Below are positions 1 to 6,903 of a DNA stretch of 64,000 nucleotides, in pieces. Below the pieces are notes generated by a model. That model saw nothing but the letters and a program-made list of their open reading frames with translations. It was not told the DNA's origin and did no database searches. Location: the IMG/VR virus record IMGVR_UViG_3300024265_000033, positions 32,001 through 96,000 of that record, one strand, 5' to 3'. The DNA is from a virus. The translations under genes and the position numbers were made by a program. Position 1 is the first letter of the stretch, and the number at the start of each line of letters is the position of its first letter.

Positions 1-704
1 CCGAATATCTTATCTGCCACTTCTAGGAAGGGCTCCTCATCTTTTTCTACTACAAATTCTTTCCAATTATCTTCCGTATCGTCAGTTTCCCGATTGATGT
101 ACACATAAATGATTCCATTCACTTGAGTAAATCCTTCAAGCTCTTCTATGTGGTCAAATTCCCCGTCAGCAAGATTTTGTTCGAAAAGATACACATAGGT
201 CATAGCTTGCTGAAGATGTTCGTCTTTGGGACCCGTCTCGATATAGCGGTCGTACCCTTTTTGATTTATTGACTTGTACTCGGCGAGCCACAATCCGTCC
301 TTAATGCCGTCGATTCCTTCAAGAATTAATACGTCGTCGATTTTGGCGTTCTTGATGTGGAGGTCTTTCGCGCTCACGGGAAACTCCGGATCGGGTTCTT
401 TGGTCTTCCAATGCTTTGGGATCTCGCCCTTCTTATTGCGGTAGGGCACAGAAACTCCAAGTCCTTTGAACCAAGACTTAATGAGATTGTGAAACATGTC
501 ACCTTTTTCAAAGTTTTCTATCTTTTGGGCAGTCCAACCATAGTCGGGTTTCACTCGGTTGTAACAATAATAAATCTTACGAAGACAGGAAGTGCCTAAG
601 AAGGACGGCTTCATGTTCTTATTCCAATACTTGGACTTCGGATTGTAAGCCCATTCCGATTCCAGTTTTTTGGCTATTGCGTCCTTTAGCGGTCTATTGC
701 TCAC
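1..704 (-). CDS. Cas4-like / PD-(D/E)XK exonuclease (truncated by window start; not in ORF track)
   Basis: Manual translation from GTG at 704 (AAGGA upstream): ..KPSFLGTSCLRKIYY..GDMFHNLI..AKIDD..LAEYKS..HLQQAMTY, the RecB/Cas4-family S..C.R..Y, D, ExK and QxxxY pattern; frame open to position 1. Confidence 0.75.
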   Translation of the reverse strand, partial: MSNRPLKDAIAKKLESEWAYNPKSKYWNKNMKPSFLGTSCLRKIYYCYNRVKPDYGWTAQKIENFEKGDMFHNLIKSWFKGLGVSVPYRNKKGEIPKHWKTKEPDPEFPVSAKDLHIKNAKIDDVLILEGIDGIKDGLWLAEYKSINQKGYDRYIETGPKDEHLQQAMTYVYLFEQNLADGEFDHIEELEGFTQVNGIIYVYINRETDDTEDNWKEFVVEKDEEPFLEVADKIF

Positions 705-897
705 TAGGCATCCTTTCGAGAATCTTCTGAGGCTCTATGTGATATTCATCTTTCCAGACGTTATCGTAAGCCTCTCCTCGGGTGCTAACAACTAAATCCA
801 GATTTACCAAAGCCTGACTAAATCGAATATCTGGATATTTTGTCAAATACTGTCCCAGCTTATTTAGAATTTCAAGATTAGCTTTTTGCCTAGTCAT
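694..897 (-). CDS. hypothetical phage protein
   Basis: 67 aa ORF with overlapping start/stop; common small phage motif (KYPDIRFSQAL). Confidence 0.6.
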   Translation of the reverse strand: MTRQKANLEILNKLGQYLTKYPDIRFSQALVNLDLVVSTRGEAYDNVWKDEYHIEPQKILERMPSEQ

Positions 898-1362
898 TTT
901 TTCGGTACTCCTGCAAAAGGATCTTTGAATTTTTCGTTTTGAATTACTTTTATTTTCTCCATGAGATTATCTACAAGGGTATCGATACCTTCGATATGGA
1001 GATCCGTATGGTATTTTAAGTTGAATCCCCGAATACCTCTGTCTACCAGTTTCAGGTTAGTTATGATGTCAGTCAGATCCCTAATTCTTATATTCTTGTA
1101 ACCGTCTGATTTGACACCTAAGCCCTTACCTTTTTTCTTTTTCATTTGACACTCTTCTTCTTCTTTTTCCCGGGGAGTATTTCTTTCAGAGTTCCCATAA
1201 TATTTCTTGATCTGCACAACCTACAAATTCCCCCGTTTCTCACATACGCCCAATTAACCCGAATATTCTTTATAGGTCCGCAGTTACTACATTCCACATA
1301 ATGGTCATCTGTCGTGAATTCTATCTTTTTCTTTGTTTTTTTCTTCTCTGTTTTCTTCTTTT

Positions 1363-1629
1363 TCACGGTGCGATTTCCTTATACTTGATATTGATATCCC
1401 CGTTAGTTTCATTTACAGAAGCACTCTTCAACTCGTAATCCGGCAAAGCATCGTCTATACAACTCAGGGCTGCTTCTAAGCCTTCTTCAATCTCGGGAGC
1501 AGGCTCCCCTTGCGGTCCCTTATCTCCTTTGTCCCCCACGTCTCCCTTGGGTCCGGGCGGGCCAGTTTCGATGTCTGAGCCACATCCTACGAGCATCAGT
1601 AAAATCAATAAAGTCCTAAAAAATCTCAT
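1363..1629 (-). CDS. collagen-repeat lipoprotein
   Basis: Signal peptide with lipobox LVGC followed by a G-X-Y run GPPGPKGDVGDKGDKGPQGEP. Confidence 0.75.
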   Translation of the reverse strand: MRFFRTLLILLMLVGCGSDIETGPPGPKGDVGDKGDKGPQGEPAPEIEEGLEAALSCIDDALPDYELKSASVNETNGDINIKYKEIAP

Positions 1630-2472
1630 CTATTCCCCCTTATTGTCTGAATCTTCCGGTTCTGTATTAATAGGAGAGTTGTCTATGACTACGTTTGGAT
1701 CTGCTTCGTCCGGAGTGGGAATATTTATAATTATTTCTTTTCCACTCGGATTTACCCCCACTCTCTTATATAGCTTTTTTATAAGATCGTTCAACGCTTT
1801 TTTGTCTACATTTTTCATGTGAGCTAGGCGTTCTTTTCTTAGATTTCCTCTTTTGGGAAGAGGTACGATTTTCTCCGCTAGTTTGGCATCTACTGCCATT
1901 TGTGCTGATATTTTCAAATCTCTGACTAAGACTTCATCCCATACCTTTTTTGGGATTAAGCTATTCTCCGCATAAATTCTATTGAGTCTTTCCGCCTCTT
2001 CTTTTTCATATTCTACGTCTATTAAATTATCATTATAGGAAGTCGAAGTTGGGGCATTATAGCCACTACGACCATTGTGCAGCATCACTGTGGCATTTTC
2101 ATATAAATATCTTCTATCACACACTGCCATAATCCAAGTAGCGGAAGAATTTATTCGACCTCCTCCATAAAAATGAAACGCACAGGTACTAGCTCTTATA
2201 ACGTCATATAGATATAACATGGCCTTGTAATCCCCCCCGCACGAGTTGAGATGAATTTCAATAACGTGCTTGGGATGATCTTTCTCCATACGTTTAATAG
2301 CGCGTACTGCCATCTCGACGGAAGCTTCCGTAAAATCATTATAACCGACTTCTGCATCATCTCCGATGTGGCCCCAATCAATAGGATGCCCGAAGAAGAT
2401 ACGTCGATTTTTTAGATCTATACCATAAACTAGATAGTTTTCTAGTTGAGTACGCTCTCTTGGAATGGCCAC
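1630..2472 (-). CDS. clpP: ClpP-like serine protease
   Basis: LKNRRIFF, IHLNSCGG, GRINSSAT (catalytic Ser), VMLHN (His) and VRDLKISAQMA (Asp) align with ClpP motifs. Confidence 0.88.
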   Translation of the reverse strand: MAIPRERTQLENYLVYGIDLKNRRIFFGHPIDWGHIGDDAEVGYNDFTEASVEMAVRAIKRMEKDHPKHVIEIHLNSCGGDYKAMLYLYDVIRASTCAFHFYGGGRINSSATWIMAVCDRRYLYENATVMLHNGRSGYNAPTSTSYNDNLIDVEYEKEEAERLNRIYAENSLIPKKVWDEVLVRDLKISAQMAVDAKLAEKIVPLPKRGNLRKERLAHMKNVDKKALNDLIKKLYKRVGVNPSGKEIIINIPTPDEADPNVVIDNSPINTEPEDSDNKGE

Positions 2473-2751
2473 TTAGGACTCCTTTTCAATGCCGATGACG
2501 TTCCGGGCTTCCATAACCAGAATTTCTTCGCTCCCTATTTGTATAGGCTCGATTTTGTTACCGAAGTAAACTTGATCCCCCACTTTTAGAGAAGAATCTT
2601 TTACCTGAGTCCCGATGAATCGGACTACTCCGAAATTATTGGAAACTTTCACATCTTTGATAAACATATCTCCGGAATTTTTTTCTTTGGCTTTTTTATC
2701 CCGGAATACGCCTACCTTATCCCAAAGGAATTCTATTTTACTTTTTTGCAT
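2473..2751 (-). CDS. groES: GroES/Cpn10-like co-chaperonin
   Basis: 92 aa; LWDKVGV, GVVRFIG, LKVGDQVYF and EEILVMEARNVIG match the Cpn10 pattern. Confidence 0.8.
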   Translation of the reverse strand: MQKSKIEFLWDKVGVFRDKKAKEKNSGDMFIKDVKVSNNFGVVRFIGTQVKDSSLKVGDQVYFGNKIEPIQIGSEEILVMEARNVIGIEKES

Positions 2752-3397
2752 CTGTGGCCTCCTTTTTTGTAGCCCCCTTCTTGCCTTTGCCCTTTACAGG
2801 AGCTTCAGCTTTAGGCGGGTCAATCAGAACTGAAATGCGATCCACAGTGATCTTGAAGTCGTAAGTGAAATCGACGTCCTCAAGTTCGCCCTTTTTATTC
2901 TTGGCCTTTGTCACGGTAGTGATTGGGATTGTTCTAGTCTCTCCCGGCTTAGCACCGTACAGGCCTTCTTCAAGTTCCTTTTGAAGTTGATAAGGTTCAT
3001 TACCTAGGCTACGCACCTTGAGAACTGATTCTTGACCGAATTCTTTTTCTTTGTCGGGCTTTCCGCAAACTGTTACTCGTAGCATATCGCCATTTTTCGC
3101 CGGAGCTTTGGACTCTTTATATCCCCAAGCTTTGTCTTCCTCATCAGCATAGAGATCTTTTAGATCCCCTTTGGTGAGTCCGAAACGCTTCATGGCAACG
3201 CCTTCCAGCACGGTGAGACGTGTATTCGGAATGGCAAAAAGCCCCATCAATTGTTGCTGGGTTTGCTGAGCATATTGCTGAAACAGATGATGGATATATG
3301 GCTTTAAGTTCTCAGTCTGAGTCTTAGATACCAATTGTTGGAAACTCTGAGGTTGATGAGCCCCTTTTCCTCTGCCTTTTCCTTTACTTTTTCCCAT
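2738..3397 (-). CDS. protein with trigger-factor-type FKBP (PPIase-like) domain
   Basis: AKNGDMLRVTVCGKPD..LG..LEEGLYGAKPGETRTIPIT..FKITVDRI resembles the trigger factor FKBP domain; no ribosome-binding signature seen. Confidence 0.7.
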   Translation of the reverse strand: MGKSKGKGRGKGAHQPQSFQQLVSKTQTENLKPYIHHLFQQYAQQTQQQLMGLFAIPNTRLTVLEGVAMKRFGLTKGDLKDLYADEEDKAWGYKESKAPAKNGDMLRVTVCGKPDKEKEFGQESVLKVRSLGNEPYQLQKELEEGLYGAKPGETRTIPITTVTKAKNKKGELEDVDFTYDFKITVDRISVLIDPPKAEAPVKGKGKKGATKKEATDAKK

Positions 3398-3406
3398 TTT
3401 TTTCTC

Positions 3407-3928
3407 CTATGCTAATTTAATGGTTTCCGGAATTACTGAATGTAGAAAACCTTCTTGTTCGACTAAAATTTCTGCGGGGGGGTTAACCATCTTTACCATC
3501 CCCGTAACTTGTTCGCCTTCAGCATTCTGAGCTGTGACTTTTTTGTTGCTGAATTGTTTGTATTTTGTAACAAACTCAATGAGTTGTTTATTGCGATCCA
3601 CTTTAGATTTGGGAGCTGGCTTGTGAACAGGCTCGGGAGCTTTTGAACCCGGCTGAATAGCGGCAGAAGGCATAGTTCCTTGCTTCTCTGGCGCGGGCAC
3701 TCCTACCCCGGCCTCTAGTTGAGCAACACGATTAGATACGAAATCAGAGAACTCGGAAACTATCTCCGTCTTATTAGCCTTATTTGACTTATCAACATCC
3801 AAGGCCTTAATCATAGTTAAAACCTTTTCATAAAGCTCTACTTTGGCTTCAAGCTTTTCTAGAGCTTCTCTCATTTCTTTGATTCTACTCATCGGAGTTC
3901 TCCTAAACTGTCTCTTATGGTAACTCAA
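3407..3928 (-). CDS. hypothetical protein (coiled-coil, Pro-rich linker)
   Basis: 173 aa ORF in operon context. Confidence 0.6.
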   Translation of the reverse strand: MSYHKRQFRRTPMSRIKEMREALEKLEAKVELYEKVLTMIKALDVDKSNKANKTEIVSEFSDFVSNRVAQLEAGVGVPAPEKQGTMPSAAIQPGSKAPEPVHKPAPKSKVDRNKQLIEFVTKYKQFSNKKVTAQNAEGEQVTGMVKMVNPPAEILVEQEGFLHSVIPETIKLA

Positions 3929-4153
3929 CTATTCGTCTTCGTCAAGTGTTTTATCCGGCCCATAGTAATACACTGGACTGGTTTTGTCAAGATATTCCTC
4001 TTGCGCGTCTGGGCGATGTGAGACGAGATGCCCGTGTATAAGACTCAAGATATCGCCCCATTGCAGATCGTGGGAATCCACCATTTCGTCTAGAACTTCT
4101 TCCAGATCCAATAAGATGTCCCCGAGCTTTCTAATCTTCTTTTTCTTCGACAT
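3929..4153 (-). CDS. hypothetical protein
   Basis: 74 aa ORF tightly packed in operon. Confidence 0.55.
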   Translation of the reverse strand: MSKKKKIRKLGDILLDLEEVLDEMVDSHDLQWGDILSLIHGHLVSHRPDAQEEYLDKTSPVYYYGPDKTLDEDE

Positions 4154-4820
4154 CTTTCTCTATCTCCAAGAAAATTGGTTTATTGGTCGGAAAATAACCT
4201 CCGTCGCAAATACTGGCATTTACGAATTGGGTATCCCCTACGAAGTGGGTACCGTAGGCTTCGTGAATGTGGCCAAAAGAATGAAAAAGTGGCTTAATAC
4301 GATGTAGGACCTCATCTGCTAGAGCCGCACACCCTACATTGCCGTCGCCACATCTGTCCAGAATGAATTGAGGAGGTCCGTGTGTGAGGAGTCCGTCCGT
4401 ATCCGTAGGGATCTTTAACCAGTGTTTTTTGATATCCATTCCCCGGTCGGCCATAAATGCCCAGTTGAAAAACGTAGGAGTGATGGGAGATCCCCAAAAC
4501 TTAAAGCCATCAATTTCTACGCCAGAATCGTTGAGATAAATAACATTCTTAGGGAGCATACTCTTGGCTAGGGCTTCGTCCTTTTCGAAAATGAAATCGT
4601 GATTACCGGGAACGAAAAGCACATGTTTGAAATGCGCGGAGACTTCATCCAGCCAATGGCAAAAATCTTCTGTTTCTCTGACAGAGCCTCGGAAAGAATA
4701 GTCCCCTGTGTACGCGAATACGTCCACCTTATCTTGCGGAAAAGGTAGATACCTATTTATTGTGGTATGCCTCTGATGGGTGTCTGAGGCGCACATGATA
4801 CTAAGTTTTTTCTTTGCCAT
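4131..4820 (-). CDS. calcineurin-like metallophosphoesterase (MPPED/239FB-like)
   Basis: SDTH, GD, GNHD, THGPP and FGHIHE motifs. Confidence 0.9.
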   Translation of the reverse strand: MAKKKLSIMCASDTHQRHTTINRYLPFPQDKVDVFAYTGDYSFRGSVRETEDFCHWLDEVSAHFKHVLFVPGNHDFIFEKDEALAKSMLPKNVIYLNDSGVEIDGFKFWGSPITPTFFNWAFMADRGMDIKKHWLKIPTDTDGLLTHGPPQFILDRCGDGNVGCAALADEVLHRIKPLFHSFGHIHEAYGTHFVGDTQFVNASICDGGYFPTNKPIFLEIEKDVEEKED

Positions 4821-5127
4821 ATTTTTCTTTCCACTTCTTTTTAAGCTTCCTTAAACTATCTCTGCAACTACTTGCAAAACCGGCCCAAAACCCTCCCTGT
4901 TCTGCATATCGACCTATGGCCCGTTCGTACCAAGAAATTCGATGTTTTAATCGCTCCTCTGCATTTTTTGTACGCTTGCTTATATGCCTGTGTCTGAAAC
5001 TAGGGTCCTGCTCATCAATTTGTTGCGCTATATCTGATCGGATATATTCTCGCTCCTTGGCTTTTCTGGTACCTTTATAGGACTTGCCTTGATTCCAGTT
5101 GCCTTTATCTCGCTTTTTGTAGCTCAC
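4801..5127 (-). CDS. hypothetical basic protein
   Basis: 108 aa ORF overlapping the next gene start. Confidence 0.55.
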   Translation of the reverse strand: MSYKKRDKGNWNQGKSYKGTRKAKEREYIRSDIAQQIDEQDPSFRHRHISKRTKNAEERLKHRISWYERAIGRYAEQGGFWAGFASSCRDSLRKLKKKWKEKYGKEKT

Positions 5128-5362
5128 TCAGTCACCATAATCCCCATTATGTTTCCCTTTTAGGAAAAGAAGATACTTTAAGCGCGTTTGCCGCTTCTTG
5201 TAAATCCCTTACCAAAATTTCCAATTCTATAGGAAGTTTATGCTTCGTTCTATAAAGCCTTAGCCCAAACTCGTGCTCTGCTTTTAATAAAGCCTGCACT
5301 AGAGGTTGTTTGTTTAATTCTTCCTTTGTCACCATAATGCCTCTTATGCTCCCTAAAAATAA

Positions 5363-5420
5363 GGTCCGCGACCAACTCACCACTCACAAAAGCCGCCCTC
5401 AACGGACGGGCAGGTGACGC
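5363..5420 (-). ncRNA. putative structured RNA (pseudoknot) or terminator downstream of tRNA-like element 1
   Basis: Minus strand: TCAC/GTGA and CTGCCC/GGGCGG stems; loop GTCCG is complementary to downstream CGGAC; CTTTT follows the inner stem. Confidence 0.4.
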
Positions 5421-5427
5421 AAAATTT

Positions 5428-5572
5428 TGGTCCGAGAGGCAGGGATTCTCACCCATGCACCGTCGCCCTCATGCAAGGAGTATCCATCGCGGCGATCAAC
5501 CCTAGGACCTCTTCTCGCTTATAGACAACACACCCCCGAGTGGGATGCGCGTATATATTCCGCCACTCTCGG
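5428..5572 (-). ncRNA. oversized tRNA-like RNA 1 (145 nt, Leu-type scaffold, encoded CCA, giant variable domain)
   Basis: Acceptor CCGAGAG/CTCTCGG + A + CCA; TG-GCG-GAATATATA-CGC D arm; T arm GCA(T)GGG-TGAGAAT-CCCTGC; about 70-nt hairpin between anticodon-like arm and T arm. Confidence 0.8.
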
Positions 5573-5578
5573 AATTAC

Positions 5579-5607
5579 AGTATCTCAAATTAGGGGGATT
5601 TTGTCAA
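5579..5607 (-). promoter_or_regulatory. sigma70-type promoter for tRNA-like RNA 1
   Basis: TTGACA-17 bp-GATACT with upstream TG, 6 nt before the acceptor stem. Confidence 0.75.
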
Positions 5608-5631
5608 GGATAAAGCTGCGTCCCCTGTTTT

Positions 5632-5764
5632 TGAAAGAGACAGGATTCGATACCTGCAAACGCTGGACCTCATATAATAACCAGCATACATTTGATCGAA
5701 GGAGCTGCTAATAGCAACTTTGTCCCTGATCGCCTAAGGCGCGTTTATCTTTCGCCACTCTTTC
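5632..5764 (-). ncRNA. oversized tRNA-like RNA 2 (133 nt, Leu-type scaffold, no encoded CCA)
   Basis: Acceptor GAAAGAG/CTCTTTC + A; TG-GCG-AAAGATAAA-CGC D arm; T arm GCAGG-TATCGAAT-CCTGT; central region with 2-3 hairpins and no canonical anticodon loop. Confidence 0.78.
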
Positions 5765-5772
5765 TTAATTGC

Positions 5773-5801
5773 AATATCTCAAATATGGAGAGTTTTGTCA
5801 A
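5773..5801 (-). promoter_or_regulatory. sigma70-type promoter for tRNA-like RNA 2
   Basis: TTGACA-17 bp-GATATT; shares TTGACAAAA..ATTTGAGATAYTGYAATT with the promoter of RNA 1. Confidence 0.75.
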
Positions 5802-5804
5802 GTA

Positions 5805-6692
5805 CTATTGAACTTTTTCTTGGATGTATTCAGCCCAAGCTTCTTGGCCTATGAAAGTGACTGAGCCTCCGGGAAGGAGTCTGAATCCCGGCTTGAGTTC
5901 GATGACTTGGGAGCATCGCTCATTGGGATGTGTGGACATGGCCGTAGGCTGCCAATCTGCCGCCTTCTTGCCGTAATTGGAACCGTTGGATAAAAGCTCT
6001 GACATTCTGTATAGTTTTGGGCTACCGTCAGAATCCATATAAAACCTGCGACAATATTTACACAGGGCTGCGTCATTTTTGACAATCCGGTAGACGTACA
6101 CCTCTTTCATATCTTTGGTCGGGTTGTCATCCACAATGCGATCCACAGAACCGAGGCTTATTGCATTGCTCATTTCGGTGTTGACAATGCGGTCCCAATT
6201 GCGGTTTGCGTCCCTAGAATAGTCTCTGAGCTGGGTCTTCAACCCCCTAACGCTTTTATCCTTGGATAAGTCGTCTAATTTCTGTAGCTTATCGAATTTG
6301 AACTGATTATTTGTGTCACGAATATAGCCCTCTATTTGTGACAAAACATTGGTCTTTTGCTTCTCGATGAGATGCTTCATGTTGGAATGTAAATGATCCT
6401 TCGAAGCCTCGTGAGTGGCCGCGCCCGGGAGGGTCTGAACCTTCCTTTGCTGTGCTTTCATCTCCCCTACATTAGTAGGAGCTGTGAGCTTGCCGTGCTC
6501 GTTCAAATAATTATGATGATAAATTGCTTCCAAGACTGACTCTTCGCCTTTGAGATTTATGCCCGCTTCAATGAGTTTTCTGCGCTGATAGTCCGTGATG
6601 CCCTTCTTTCCGAGGGTGCCTACCAAGAGCCCAGCGTGATGCTTTTCTATAACGGCCTTGATTTTTGCTATTGTTTTTTCGTCAAGTACCAT
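5805..6692 (-). CDS. head morphogenesis / minor capsid protein (Mu gpF / SPP1 gp7-like)
   Basis: RIVNTEMSNA, CKYC and HPNERC motifs; downstream of portal. Confidence 0.8.
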   Translation of the reverse strand: MVLDEKTIAKIKAVIEKHHAGLLVGTLGKKGITDYQRRKLIEAGINLKGEESVLEAIYHHNYLNEHGKLTAPTNVGEMKAQQRKVQTLPGAATHEASKDHLHSNMKHLIEKQKTNVLSQIEGYIRDTNNQFKFDKLQKLDDLSKDKSVRGLKTQLRDYSRDANRNWDRIVNTEMSNAISLGSVDRIVDDNPTKDMKEVYVYRIVKNDAALCKYCRRFYMDSDGSPKLYRMSELLSNGSNYGKKAADWQPTAMSTHPNERCSQVIELKPGFRLLPGGSVTFIGQEAWAEYIQEKVQ

Positions 6693-6901
6693 TACGCTTG
6701 CTCCAATAAGGCTTCGATCTCAGCCATCATGTCGGCCATGCGTTTACGGTAATCCGCTTTGAGGTCCGAAGCTAGATGCTCCATTACTGGATCTGGGAAT
6801 TGTTCGTTGTGAGTTCCGCCCGTGCGCTGAGCTTTAAGAGCCTTGAAGAGAAGATCTTCTGTTTCTTCTTGGGACTCGCCCTTCTCTAGAAAGATCTTCA
6901 T
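6692..6901 (-). CDS. hypothetical protein
   Basis: 69 aa ORF between portal and head morphogenesis gene. Confidence 0.6.
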   Translation of the reverse strand: MKIFLEKGESQEETEDLLFKALKAQRTGGTHNEQFPDPVMEHLASDLKADYRKRMADMMAEIEALLEQA

Positions 6902-6903
6902 CT

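Noticed and set aside
5427-5711. 94-aa plus-strand ORF
   Set aside because: It is antisense to the tRNA-like RNAs, has no SD and opposes the local gene direction.
5732-5742. Ochre suppressor (TTA) anticodon in RNA 2 and stop-codon recoding
   Set aside because: TTA sits in a 3-nt loop (CGCC-TTA-GGCG), not a 7-nt anticodon loop. Genes are full length in the standard code and use TAA, TAG and TGA as stops.
5428-5764. tmRNA, Y RNA (YrlA) or group I intron-containing tRNA
   Set aside because: There is no G3-U70 Ala acceptor or tag ORF. The topology is a normal, non-permuted cloverleaf and no Ro60 gene is in the window. The inserts are far too short for group I introns.
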